Shown: one piece after another, positions 46,799 through 56,091 of the stretch
Layout of the letters: each line of letters starts with the position of its first letter
How positions within the stretch are numbered: position 1 is the first letter of the stretch
Virus record (IMG/VR): IMGVR_UViG_3300022752_000013
Origin: a virus
Lineage: Duplodnaviria; Caudoviricetes
Direction: 5' to 3' (one strand)
DNA: 64,000 bases
Notes under the pieces: generated by a model
Seen by the model: the letters and a program-made list of their open reading frames with translations, nothing else
Databases searched by the model: none
What the model was told of the DNA's origin: nothing
Translations under genes and position numbers: made by a program

Positions 46799-48022
46799 AT
46801 GATTGTGCCAAAAATTTGTTGTTTATTAATGTGTCTAGCACTTGTGGCCTGTGGGGGCGGGGGTGGTGGCGGAAGCAGTGGGACTCCTGCAAGTTCTGCA
46901 TCTATTGCCGTGAAAATAATCAATCAAGGCACTGCAATACATAACAACAAGGTCAAAAACTATGCGGTGGGAGATTTAAACAACGATGGACTTGATGATG
47001 TGGTAATTGGGGGGTGGTCAGGATCTGGGACCTCGTATCTTGCAATTATGATACAAAACTCCAACGGAACGTTAACAGAGCGCACCACAGAACTATTAGG
47101 CAGCAACTCTTACCCGGGCAGTGGTCACATTTTTATTTGGGATTTTGACCACGATGGCCATGCGGATATATGGCTACCGGGTGCTGATGATTTTGTTAGT
47201 TCTTCTAACAGTCTAATGTTGTGGGGTAGCGCCGCCGGAACTTTTAGTAAACAAACCTTCAGTGAATCCATGTCTAGTGCCGGTGCCTGTTTATTTGATC
47301 TCAACAACGACGGCAACATGGACATGCTGGTTCGAGGAACCTACAATCGAAATACAAATACATACGGATATTACTTGAATCAGGGCAATAGAACTTTTAC
47401 ATTTGTTGCTGATCAATATGTAAATGGTGCCAGTGCATGTGCAGTGATACGTGATTCTACCACTGGGCATCTGGCCGCGATGCAAGGTGGCAACAGCCAA
47501 GGTGCCACTGCGGACGCCATTAGCATTGTTGATGCAAATCTTGGGTTGATCAAACTGATACCCGTTCCCAGACAAGACAATGCCATGGCCGGAATGATTG
47601 GGGTTGTGACAGCAGATGTTAATGAAGACGGACTGTTGGATTTTATAACTCTATATGAGGCCTCTAGTGCAGGATTACCAGGACGCAAAGAAGTTTGGTT
47701 AAATCAAGGATCAGACAATTTTTCCTATGCCTACGCTTTGGATACTGCCTATAACAGCAATGGAGATATTGTTAATTTTGTTTATCAAGGTATACAATAT
47801 TACTTCTTTAATGGGCCCAATGGGGATGCTACATTTTACCAACTGGCCAATGGCGTTTTAAATCTTTATCAACGTGATACTTTTTTGAGCATGGCTCGAT
47901 TGTTAGGAGCCAATCCTGGTGTAAAAGATTGGAGCGTGTTTTCTGCTACTGTATATCGTGGCAGTGAGGGGATTTATATACTTCAGGAGTTGAAATCGAT
48001 ATACTACACACAAAAACTTTAA
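46799..48022 (+). CDS. FG-GAP/VCBS-repeat lipoprotein
   Basis: LVACGGGGGGG lipobox; repeats GDLNNDGLDDV, DFDHDGHADI, DLNNDGNMDM and DVNEDGLLDF. Confidence 0.85.
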   Translation: MIVPKICCLLMCLALVACGGGGGGGSSGTPASSASIAVKIINQGTAIHNNKVKNYAVGDLNNDGLDDVVIGGWSGSGTSYLAIMIQNSNGTLTERTTELLGSNSYPGSGHIFIWDFDHDGHADIWLPGADDFVSSSNSLMLWGSAAGTFSKQTFSESMSSAGACLFDLNNDGNMDMLVRGTYNRNTNTYGYYLNQGNRTFTFVADQYVNGASACAVIRDSTTGHLAAMQGGNSQGATADAISIVDANLGLIKLIPVPRQDNAMAGMIGVVTADVNEDGLLDFITLYEASSAGLPGRKEVWLNQGSDNFSYAYALDTAYNSNGDIVNFVYQGIQYYFFNGPNGDATFYQLANGVLNLYQRDTFLSMARLLGANPGVKDWSVFSATVYRGSEGIYILQELKSIYYTQKL

Positions 48023-48032
48023 ATACACTATG

Positions 48033-48061
48033 TTGACCAGGCGTCAAACATGTGCTACAAT
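48033..48061 (+). promoter_or_regulatory. Sigma70-type early promoter
   Basis: TTGACC-N17-TACAAT. Confidence 0.8.
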
Positions 48062-48089
48062 ACATTATCGATTTTACAAAGGAGTTGAC

Positions 48090-48314
48090 ATGAACAATTG
48101 GGACAAAGGAAATTTGGATTTTATCTTGAATTCAACTGATGCGGATATGGAAGATTTCTTATCCTGGGCATCAGATGAAGATTTAAGATATGCGCTAGAA
48201 TTGATTCAAATAGCCAAAAACGAATTGGTTATACAAGAAATTGAAATTCTAGATATCAAGGCCGATGAGGATTTTTCACAAGCACAGGCAGTGCTAGAAC
48301 GATTCCGCTTGTGA
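48090..48314 (+). CDS. Small acidic hypothetical protein
   Basis: AAGGAG RBS. Confidence 0.7.
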   Translation: MNNWDKGNLDFILNSTDADMEDFLSWASDEDLRYALELIQIAKNELVIQEIEILDIKADEDFSQAQAVLERFRL

Positions 48315-49384
48315 AAATACGACTGATCGGTAAACGCAACAACTTGGGTATTGGCACCCATTTTGCAAACTTTGCAGATGCATTGAAACGTGTGAGTCAC
48401 TGGGGTGCCTGTGTTGAAGAGTTTGATTGCGAAGATCCGCAGAGACTACTGGCCGAAGCACGTATCAGTGAACCAGGCGATATCAACATCTGTTTTGTGA
48501 GCATACCCTTGCAAGATTACTTTAAAGGTACCAACATTCAATGGGTGGTGTTTGAAAGTACCCTAGTACCACCCACCGTGATGAGCACCATGCTCACCGC
48601 AGATCAAGTGTGGGTTCCTAGTGCCTGGGGTCAATCTGTGCTGATTGAAAATGGTCTGGATCCTGCCCGTTGTGAGATAGTGCCGGAAGGGGTGGATACA
48701 GATCGATATCATCCTTATGCACCCAGAGTCAACAGTCCTATCTTGACCTATTTGATCACAGGCAAATATGAATTGAGAAAAAGCATCATAGAAACTGTGT
48801 ATGCCTGGCACCAAGAATTTGGCAATGATCCTGATGTTGAACTGGTGATCAAGACTGATCATTTCTTCAACAAAGAAGCCAAGTACAATGAACTCACTCA
48901 ATGGATTGGGGAACTTGGCTTGACCAATGTGCGTGTGATGTGGGGCTCAGTACCAGCCAATGACATGGCAGATCTTTATCAACAGGCTCATGTGTTTGTG
49001 TTGCCCTCCAAAGGTGAAGGTTGGGGACTTCCGCTAATCGAAGCCGCGGCAGTGGGCCTGCCTATCATCACAACCTGGCACAGTGCTCACACAGAATTCT
49101 TGCAACACATACAATCCAGTGTGATAACAGTGGAATATGACATGGTGCCGGTTGCTTGTCAGGATTATCAGTTGTTCTACCCCACAACAGATGGCAATTG
49201 GGGCGAGTGGGCACAACCCCGAATTGACAGCATAAGGCAAGCATTAAAAACCAGTCGACAAAGTTATACATATCTACAAAAAAGAGCCAGAGAAAACAGC
49301 CACATTATACGCAACAACTTTTCCTGGGCACAGGTAGCAGACAGAGCCTTGCAGATACTGCAAAAACACGGGTTGCTAAAGTAA
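48311..49384 (+). CDS. GT4-family glycosyltransferase
   Basis: VWVPSAW, IVPEGVD and VLPSKGEGWGLPLIEAAAVG. Confidence 0.9.
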   Translation: MKIRLIGKRNNLGIGTHFANFADALKRVSHWGACVEEFDCEDPQRLLAEARISEPGDINICFVSIPLQDYFKGTNIQWVVFESTLVPPTVMSTMLTADQVWVPSAWGQSVLIENGLDPARCEIVPEGVDTDRYHPYAPRVNSPILTYLITGKYELRKSIIETVYAWHQEFGNDPDVELVIKTDHFFNKEAKYNELTQWIGELGLTNVRVMWGSVPANDMADLYQQAHVFVLPSKGEGWGLPLIEAAAVGLPIITTWHSAHTEFLQHIQSSVITVEYDMVPVACQDYQLFYPTTDGNWGEWAQPRIDSIRQALKTSRQSYTYLQKRARENSHIIRNNFSWAQVADRALQILQKHGLLK

Positions 49385-49398
49385 TACTTTAGTACTAC
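49381..49398. promoter_or_regulatory. Palindromic operator
   Basis: GTAATAC-TTTA-GTACTAC. Confidence 0.75.
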
Positions 49399-49409
49399 TT
49401 TTTAAAAGA

Positions 49410-49438
49410 TTGACTCAAAACCGTACTTTTGCTATAAT
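49410..49438 (+). promoter_or_regulatory. Sigma70-type early promoter
   Basis: TTGACT-N17-TATAAT. Confidence 0.9.
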
Positions 49439-49468
49439 AATGACATGTTAAGCAAAAAGGAGATCCAA

Positions 49469-49720
49469 ATGCGACATGTAGCCGGGTTTAGTAACAGCAC
49501 CCGAATTCGTTTTATCGTCAACGGTTTTGGTATGTACGGTACCATCAATGACATCTACACAAAAACAGCCACAGTCACACATGGTGCCGCTCTGCGCTTG
49601 GCAATCCAAAAATTGGCTTACGATCGCCGTCGCAGTAGTTTCACAGGTGCCGGTCGCCCAGTGGGTGTGGGCATCACGCATGAAGGCATCGACGTACAAA
49701 TCACTTTAATGGCCAACTAA
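49469..49720 (+). CDS. Hypothetical early protein
   Basis: AAGGAG RBS before ATG 49469. Confidence 0.7.
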   Translation: MRHVAGFSNSTRIRFIVNGFGMYGTINDIYTKTATVTHGAALRLAIQKLAYDRRRSSFTGAGRPVGVGITHEGIDVQITLMAN

Positions 49721-49736
49721 TCACAAGGAGCATCAT

Positions 49737-50015
49737 ATGAGTTACTATGTCATTTCTAAAGGTTCAGGTCTTATTGTCAACGACGGCCCTGCCAAAACTC
49801 GTGCATACAAAACTTTTGGTGCCGCTATGGCCACCCGCACTCGTCTTTGCCGAAAGTCAGGTTGGAACATCTCCGAACTCAGCATCATTGCCACTAGTCA
49901 TTACAAACCTAAAATGGTCACCCGTACAAATTTGATGACTGGCAAGACATTTGAGGAAGATGTCAACACCCCAAATTGTTGCTCACCAGCATCAGAAACT
50001 TTTTGGAGCATGTGA
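49737..50015 (+). CDS. Hypothetical early protein
   Basis: AAGGAG RBS; TPNCCSPASETFWSM. Confidence 0.75.
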   Translation: MSYYVISKGSGLIVNDGPAKTRAYKTFGAAMATRTRLCRKSGWNISELSIIATSHYKPKMVTRTNLMTGKTFEEDVNTPNCCSPASETFWSM

Positions 50016-50133
50016 TGAGTGAACCTGTTTGGACCATATCCTGGACCCAGAATTATCTCAACTGGGAACCCATTGAATTACCAATCACAGACTTCTCCCA
50101 AGCACAAGAAGTCATAGCAAGGATCATGTCACT

Positions 50134-50481
50134 ATGAAATGGTTTGCAGAAACTACTGACTACAAAGATAACACCCCCAACGGTGTGTACTTGCTGGACG
50201 ATGGCAAGAGCAAGATGTATGCGTTCAAGCCAAAAGGCACAGGCACTATCAAAGTATTCAAGAATCCCATCCGCATCGATGTGCGTGGGCGTAAGTTTGC
50301 CATCAACTCTGTTCAGTTTAAAACTAAACTAAAAGAAGAACAGCCCGAAGGGCGTGTGATTGAAGTTACAGGCAGTAAAGGCGACGTATACAAGGTTACC
50401 GAACTCAATGGCAACTTGTCTTGCACTTGTTCAGGATTCCGTTTCCGCGGCGACTGCAAGCACGTCAAGAGCGTGGCATGA
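50134..50481 (+). CDS. SWIM zinc-finger protein
   Basis: CTCSGFRFRGDCKH. Confidence 0.8.
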   Translation: MKWFAETTDYKDNTPNGVYLLDDGKSKMYAFKPKGTGTIKVFKNPIRIDVRGRKFAINSVQFKTKLKEEQPEGRVIEVTGSKGDVYKVTELNGNLSCTCSGFRFRGDCKHVKSVA

Positions 50482-50723
50482 AGTTTGCTTTTAAAAATTC
50501 ACCCGAGTGGTTTACTAACTATGTGACCGAAACTTATGTGGACGAGTTCCACCAACGAGTAAAAGACATCAATTGGGATCAAACAGGTCGTATCGAATTA
50601 TTAGATGCGGCCGTGAAATTCTTTAGTGAAAAAGGCTTTAGGGTTTACTGCTACAATAGAGAACTTTGGTTTGACTTGGACGAAGACCAAGAGACCACAA
50701 TGCTGGCTCTACAGTGGTCTTGA
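50478..50723 (+). CDS. Hypothetical protein (F...W small-protein family)
   Basis: LWFDLDEDQETTMLALQWS. Confidence 0.6.
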   Translation: MKFAFKNSPEWFTNYVTETYVDEFHQRVKDINWDQTGRIELLDAAVKFFSEKGFRVYCYNRELWFDLDEDQETTMLALQWS

Positions 50724-50724
50724 C

Positions 50725-51156
50725 TTACTTGTAAATGTAGTTGATGGTGTCCGAATTTTCGCGATAGACTCCAGCACCATTCTTTAAATGGAAACGTCGG
50801 GCCATCTCGGTCTTGGGACTTAGTGTAACATAGGTATCAATACCAGGGAATTCTTGCTTGATCGACTTCTGTGTTTCCACAATCAACTCACGCCCAGACC
50901 CTGCGGCGTAACTCCAAATTGTATAAAATACTGCAACAGTGGCACTTCCAACCAACTCAGCCAAGTCATCCACAGCCGCCGGAATGGCCTGCAAGAATTT
51001 GACACAGGTCACTGCTTGAGTTTGGTCCCCATCCTTCAACATGTAGATTCGACTGTTGGAGTTTATCCGTTTGGTCATGGGGATTTCAGGACGCACAGGG
51101 TCATCCTTGATCAGGGTTTCTAAGTCTTCTGTAATGGTGGTGATGGTGTGTAACAT
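50725..51156 (-). CDS. Conserved hypothetical protein (GNAT-like fold possible)
   Basis: DDPVRP, FYTIWSY..GSGR and VTLSP...RFHLKNGA. Confidence 0.7.
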   Translation of the reverse strand: MLHTITTITEDLETLIKDDPVRPEIPMTKRINSNSRIYMLKDGDQTQAVTCVKFLQAIPAAVDDLAELVGSATVAVFYTIWSYAAGSGRELIVETQKSIKQEFPGIDTYVTLSPKTEMARRFHLKNGAGVYRENSDTINYIYK

Positions 51157-51224
51157 AATCTACGCCGTTAATGTTTATGTAAAGGTATTTATCACAACCT
51201 TTGTTACATTAAAATTACAGAGTG

Positions 51225-51566
51225 TTAGGTGTGGAGTTCTCGGTACCGAGCCATGGCTCGAGCACGGGCCACTGCCAGTCTCACCTGGACATACGCAGAC
51301 AACTCATCATCTGGTTGGTCGGTTGGTGGTGCCACCTTGGGACGTCGAGCCAAACTACTACAAAGAAATTCATCATCTGGAGCATCATAAGGATTGGTAC
51401 CTTGCAAACGAATGGCAGTGAATCTGTGTGGATTACTCCGCAATAGTTTGACTCTTGGCACTCGCGGTTGGTGCGCCCGTGTGTGCAAATCTTTAGATAC
51501 GTGAACAGGCACCTGGGCCCAGGCGGTGACGGATAATATGGCCACAATGATCAAGAAGTGTTTCAT
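51225..51566 (-). CDS. Hypothetical secreted protein
   Basis: Signal-like MKHFLIIVAILSVTAWA. Confidence 0.55.
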   Translation of the reverse strand: MKHFLIIVAILSVTAWAQVPVHVSKDLHTRAHQPRVPRVKLLRSNPHRFTAIRLQGTNPYDAPDDEFLCSSLARRPKVAPPTDQPDDELSAYVQVRLAVARARAMARYRELHT

Positions 51567-51605
51567 GTGTATATATAACGCCTTGACCCTGGTTTACGCT
51601 GACAC

Positions 51606-51630
51606 AAAAAAAGGCTCCGAAGAGCCTTTT
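51606..51630 (-). terminator. Terminator with cUUCGg tetraloop (minus strand, probably bidirectional)
   Basis: Reverse strand AAGGCTC-TTCG-GAGCCTT-TTTT. Confidence 0.85.
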
Positions 51631-51648
51631 GTGTGAATCAAATAATGG

Positions 51649-52191
51649 TTAACCCATTGTGTTATCTTGTTTTTCTTTTGGATGGCCCATTGCTCCGACT
51701 TGCCCTCTTCCTCTTCCAAAAAATGTATCAGCAAACATTAATAGTAATATTCCGATTGGAATAAGAATGCCAGATGCAACACCCATACCGGTACCGGCCA
51801 CGCCAGGTTGTGAACCTAAATATCCTCCAACAGCGGAACCTGCTATACCAATGGTGTATAACAATTGAATTAATTTACCTTTCCAATCTCCTGCTAAGCC
51901 CCAAGTAACTTCATCAAGTTGTTGTTCGGCCACTGCCTTTTTTGGTGCAATTTTGTCGAAACCAAGTGCTTTTGCTACCTTAATAGCATTTTCTTGACTT
52001 GGGGTAAAATCTCCGCCTGTGGCTTGTTTTACTTGCTGTGCAATTTGTTGAACTGTATCACCGCCCAAAAGTTTCATTGCTTTAGGTACCAGTGATTTGA
52101 TAGTATCCATCATGCCTTCATCAAGTTGAACCTTGGGTTGTTCTGCTTCCTTGATAATATCAATGTAGTTTCTTAAGAATTCTGTGCTCAT
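51649..52191 (-). CDS. Putative head-packaged protein with two TM segments
   Basis: MSTEFLRNYIDIIKEAE leader, two QLDE motifs and GTAAATA upstream. Confidence 0.6.
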   Translation of the reverse strand: MSTEFLRNYIDIIKEAEQPKVQLDEGMMDTIKSLVPKAMKLLGGDTVQQIAQQVKQATGGDFTPSQENAIKVAKALGFDKIAPKKAVAEQQLDEVTWGLAGDWKGKLIQLLYTIGIAGSAVGGYLGSQPGVAGTGMGVASGILIPIGILLLMFADTFFGRGRGQVGAMGHPKEKQDNTMG

Positions 52192-52335
52192 ATCATCTCC
52201 AAATAATTGCTTTTATTTACCTTATGTGCAAGTTTAGGCAAATGAGTTGTCAAAAAGCCTTGCTATTGCCAGCAAGATGCCTTATACTTGTTGAATGCTG
52301 TACGCAACGGCTATTTTACATGAAAGGTAATTTAT

Positions 52336-52602
52336 ATGCGTTTTAATCCAGAAACTAAGACTTTTAAAGTCTTCAATGCACTCTACAACGGCGAAACTTT
52401 GACTCCATCAGAAGCAAAGAAGCGTTTTGGCGTGGGCAACCTCAGTGCCGAAGCCAGCCGTATCCGTCAAGCCGGTTTTGCTGTTTATAGCAACAGCCGT
52501 GTTGCCGGTAATGGTGTCAAGGTTACAGAATATGTAATTGGGAAACCATCAAGAAAAATCGTAGCCGCAGGCTACAAAGCAATGGCCATGGGCTTGGTCT
52601 AA
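52336..52602 (+). CDS. Winged-HTH-like DNA-binding protein
   Basis: LTPSEAKKRFGVGNLSAEASRIRQAG, followed by a beta-hairpin. Confidence 0.6.
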   Translation: MRFNPETKTFKVFNALYNGETLTPSEAKKRFGVGNLSAEASRIRQAGFAVYSNSRVAGNGVKVTEYVIGKPSRKIVAAGYKAMAMGLV

Positions 52603-52642
52603 AATTTAGACACGCTGTCCAATTCAGACTGGACACATTGAT

Positions 52643-52669
52643 AAAACCCTGTTCACGACAGGGTTTTTT
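52643..52669 (+). terminator. Rho-independent terminator
   Basis: AAAACCCTGT-TCACG-ACAGGGTTTTTT. Confidence 0.85.
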
Positions 52670-52670
52670 C

Positions 52671-52699
52671 TTGACTGCATATTCCTAATCCTGTATAAT
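52671..52699 (+). promoter_or_regulatory. Sigma70-type early promoter
   Basis: TTGACT-N17-TATAAT. Confidence 0.9.
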
Positions 52700-52730
52700 A
52701 ACTTTATCGTTTAACATTTGGAGCATATAA

Positions 52731-53648
52731 ATGACAACAAAAAAATCTAGTCTAGAAACAGAATTGTTATTTGCAAGCAAAGATAAAAATCTGCTCATCG
52801 AGCAAGGAAAACTCGAAGACGAAAAATCAAGGAATTTTATAAAATCTGCATTAGGTATAAAAAAGAAATTAGTTGAAGCCACACGACATAGCATTTTGTC
52901 TGGCCCGCCCGGCGTAGGAAAGACTCATGGCACTATGGACGAATGTAGAAATGCGGGACTCAAATATATAACTATTGCTCCTGGTATGACTGATTTACAG
53001 TTGGCTATCAAGTTAGCAATCGGTGTTGCTGAACTTAACGACAATGAAGAATTAGTTGTCATCTTAGATGATGCAGATGATGTTGTTTTTGGTGCATACG
53101 AAACACTTAATAAGTGGAAATTAGCAATGGGGGATATTGACTACGAATTGGGCATTATCCCGCATTATCACTATCCTGCAAGTATGATCTCAACTATCTC
53201 TTCGTTGACTAAACAAAATAGAATGAAGATTGTGAGTACCATACAAAAATGGCAATCTGACTCTGACATTGGACTGTCCATCCCAATGGATAGAGTTAGA
53301 TTCATTGTATTATGTAATTTAGATTTAGAGAATCCGAAAGCATTTACTAGTCCAAAAATTCGAAGTGCAGTAGCCCCTGTTCTAGATCGATTTAATTATA
53401 AACGTATGTCTATTCCCTGGACACACCAATGGGGGTGGCTGGCATACACACTTAAAAACACGCAACCATTTCCAGAATTTCCATTATCTGTAGACCAAAA
53501 GAAACTTCTATTAGATTGGTTATATAGCAATTGGTCCCAATTACGCGGTGGCGGGGCATCATACAGAACTGTTAGAAAATTAGCGGCTGACATGATTAAT
53601 GAAACGGAGTACGAAGATGCATGGAAAGAAAATCTCAAAGGAAACTAA
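52731..53648 (+). CDS. AAA+-like P-loop NTPase
   Basis: GPPGVGKT, VILDDAD and AVAPVLDRF. Confidence 0.8.
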   Translation: MTTKKSSLETELLFASKDKNLLIEQGKLEDEKSRNFIKSALGIKKKLVEATRHSILSGPPGVGKTHGTMDECRNAGLKYITIAPGMTDLQLAIKLAIGVAELNDNEELVVILDDADDVVFGAYETLNKWKLAMGDIDYELGIIPHYHYPASMISTISSLTKQNRMKIVSTIQKWQSDSDIGLSIPMDRVRFIVLCNLDLENPKAFTSPKIRSAVAPVLDRFNYKRMSIPWTHQWGWLAYTLKNTQPFPEFPLSVDQKKLLLDWLYSNWSQLRGGGASYRTVRKLAADMINETEYEDAWKENLKGN

Positions 53649-54141
53649 AACTTTTGATGAATCAATTGATTCGTTACTAGCAGAGTTAGAATTACCATCA
53701 GACTCCGAAATCAAAAAACATACTGGTAATGTCAAACAAGCACAAAAGGTTAAGGGAAGAAAACGTCCAGATCAAAGTACTCGAATGGCAGGCGATCGCA
53801 ACTCGATGGCTGGCAAAACGCATCCTAACAAAGGTAAGTCTTTACCGCAGATAGGAAGACCGGGGCAGAAGAAACCAGAAGGGTTCGGTGAAAAGATTAG
53901 AAAATCTCGAAAAGGTATTCCAAATTTGAAAGCACTCGGTGTAGAAAGACCAGACCATAGTGAGTTGATGAAAACAAAAAATCCTATGTTTCGTCCTATC
54001 CGAACCCCACACGGTGATTTTGATTCTATACGATTTGTAATCGCTGATGAAAAAGCCAGAGGAATGAAAAATGTAGAACGCCGTGTGCGTAACTTGCTCG
54101 CTATCTCGGGCTCGGGATATTACTACATTGACCATAATTAA
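53599..54141 (+). CDS. NUMOD3-like repeat protein with no recognisable nuclease domain
   Basis: GRKRPDQSTRM.GDRNSM, HPNKGK and RPDHSELMKTKNPM. Confidence 0.55.
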   Translation: MKRSTKMHGKKISKETKTFDESIDSLLAELELPSDSEIKKHTGNVKQAQKVKGRKRPDQSTRMAGDRNSMAGKTHPNKGKSLPQIGRPGQKKPEGFGEKIRKSRKGIPNLKALGVERPDHSELMKTKNPMFRPIRTPHGDFDSIRFVIADEKARGMKNVERRVRNLLAISGSGYYYIDHN

Positions 54142-54156
54142 ACTTTCCTGTATAAT
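54128..54156 (+). promoter_or_regulatory. Sigma70-type early promoter
   Basis: TTGACC-N17-TATAAT. Confidence 0.9.
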
Positions 54157-54162
54157 AGCAAC

Positions 54163-54615
54163 ATGCTTAAAAAACTCTTTGACCGCTTGGGTCGGTACCG
54201 TATTATTATGGACCGTGTGGATAATCAACCATACTTGGAACGCTACTATGTGTTTCTCCGAGATCGGGAACGATTTCCGTTCAACGTGTTTGTACACAAG
54301 TTTTTGAAAAGTGATACCGAAGATGTGCATGACCATCCTTGGCCGTTCCTGACCATAATTCTCCGAGGCGGCTACTGGGAATGGACACCGCAGTTTGATG
54401 CCCAAGGTCGCAAGGCGGGTGAGATTGCCCGCTGGTGTGGACCGGGAAGCATGCGTTGGGCCAAGGCCCGTCAGTATCACAGAGTTGAACTGGACCCAGA
54501 TGTCACGTGCTGGACCTTGTTCTGCCCGGGTGTCAAACAACGTGATTGGGGATTCCTGGTCCAGAACCAGTGGATACAATGGGAACAGTATCTAGCCACT
54601 CGCTCAAGTAAATAA
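54163..54615 (+). CDS. Cupin-fold hypothetical protein
   Basis: PYLERY, HDHPW..LTIILRGGYWE and HRV. Confidence 0.75.
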   Translation: MLKKLFDRLGRYRIIMDRVDNQPYLERYYVFLRDRERFPFNVFVHKFLKSDTEDVHDHPWPFLTIILRGGYWEWTPQFDAQGRKAGEIARWCGPGSMRWAKARQYHRVELDPDVTCWTLFCPGVKQRDWGFLVQNQWIQWEQYLATRSSK

Positions 54616-54632
54616 CACAAGGAAATCATATT

Positions 54633-55010
54633 ATGAACTTAGAAACTATCATAGCCGCCATGTTTACCGGAGTAGGATTTGGTGTGATTGTGTTCTTGCT
54701 ATTTGTTTGGATAATATCTCGACGAATCCAGTTTCGGATTGATTCAGAAATATCGGGTGTGATAGAAAAATTAGCCCAGGATCGACTGATAGCACTCACG
54801 GTGGAAATTGACAACAATCAGTACTTCTGCTACAATGCACTTACCAAAGACTTTGTATGCCAAGGCTACAGTTTGAAAGAAATCATAGAACGATTTCGTC
54901 TGCGTTATCCCGACAAGGCCGCCGCAATATATGACGGCGATGAAACAGCAGTACAGACACTCAAATCTCAAATGGATCAACTTGATAAATCAGACACAGT
55001 GCAATCTTAA
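54633..55010 (+). CDS. Membrane-anchored hypothetical protein
   Basis: N-terminal TM helix; GTAAATA upstream. Confidence 0.7.
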   Translation: MNLETIIAAMFTGVGFGVIVFLLFVWIISRRIQFRIDSEISGVIEKLAQDRLIALTVEIDNNQYFCYNALTKDFVCQGYSLKEIIERFRLRYPDKAAAIYDGDETAVQTLKSQMDQLDKSDTVQS

Positions 55011-56091
55011 AGGCACCCAAAAATTATTTTTTATCCAGTTAAATCAGGCTGCCTCTTGTTGTAGAAGTAATCTTGAATCGTTGCCGGCTGACATGTCAGA
55101 CTTGCTTGAGCATTGGCAACTGGAACATGATCAATTGACACAAGGCATTGCCGTTCAAAATTGTTCTGTTTGTTGGAAACAACAGGCCCAAGGTCATACA
55201 TCTTGGAGACAACTACACGGTCACCAGAATAACAACACCGTTGAACTGTGGTTGAACAATTCCTGCAATCAAATGTGTAGTTATTGTAGTCCAAAATTCT
55301 CTAGCACTTGGCAACAGAATATCATTGACCACGGACCTTTTGAAAATATCAGTAGCACAGCCAAATCCAATCTTGACCTGCCACCAATAGCAATAGATCA
55401 GCAACAGTGGATAGAAAAAATAGGTGAATATTTACAATCTCAACCTCCAGAATCAGTTGATCTAAAGTTGTTGGGCGGTGAGCCCTTGATGCAGATTCGA
55501 AATTTACAAAAATTAATTGATCTTTCTGGTAATAGTATAAATCAACTGATGATAAACACCAATCTCAATCCTCCCAACAATCGATTCCTGCATTGGTTAT
55601 TGGACACAGTGCCTGCTTACAAACTCAAATTTGAGATAAGTCTAGACGCCAGTCCCAAATATAATCATGTGCCAAGAGCAGGATTTGATCCAGAACGATT
55701 CCATACCAATTTAGAATTGCTGATTGAAAAAAATATAAATTTTGGTTTTTTGTCGGTTATGAGTGTGCTGAGTATTTTTGACTTGCCCGACTTTACGAAA
55801 TGGTCTCAACCATATCAAGTGGCATTTAACAAAATCAACAATCCGGATTGCCTGGACCCAATTTGGTTACCAATGGAAATCTTAGACCAAATAAACAACC
55901 AGTTTGAGCAAGAACCGCCAATGATTTTCCAAGAATTATACAACAAGCCGCAATCTTTGGTTGACCTAAAATTGTTTGAGCAGTATAATTACTTGTGTCA
56001 GTATTTTTCTAGAACTGGCATAAACATCAAACAAATCGATAATCTCTTGTTCCAACAATATTGGACTTGGCTAGAAGAAAGACAAAAATGA
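54931..56091 (+). CDS. Radical SAM protein (true start probably near 54982)
   Basis: CNQMCSYC, LGGEP and NTN. Confidence 0.85.
   Translation: MTAMKQQYRHSNLKWINLINQTQCNLKGTQKLFFIQLNQAASCCRSNLESLPADMSDLLEHWQLEHDQLTQGIAVQNCSVCWKQQAQGHTSWRQLHGHQNNNTVELWLNNSCNQMCSYCSPKFSSTWQQNIIDHGPFENISSTAKSNLDLPPIAIDQQQWIEKIGEYLQSQPPESVDLKLLGGEPLMQIRNLQKLIDLSGNSINQLMINTNLNPPNNRFLHWLLDTVPAYKLKFEISLDASPKYNHVPRAGFDPERFHTNLELLIEKNINFGFLSVMSVLSIFDLPDFTKWSQPYQVAFNKINNPDCLDPIWLPMEILDQINNQFEQEPPMIFQELYNKPQSLVDLKLFEQYNYLCQYFSRTGINIKQIDNLLFQQYWTWLEERQK

Noticed and set aside
52616-52636. Hairpin TGTCCA-ATTCAGAC-TGGACA as a tRNA fragment
   Set aside because: It is an isolated stem-loop before a terminator, with no other tRNA arms.
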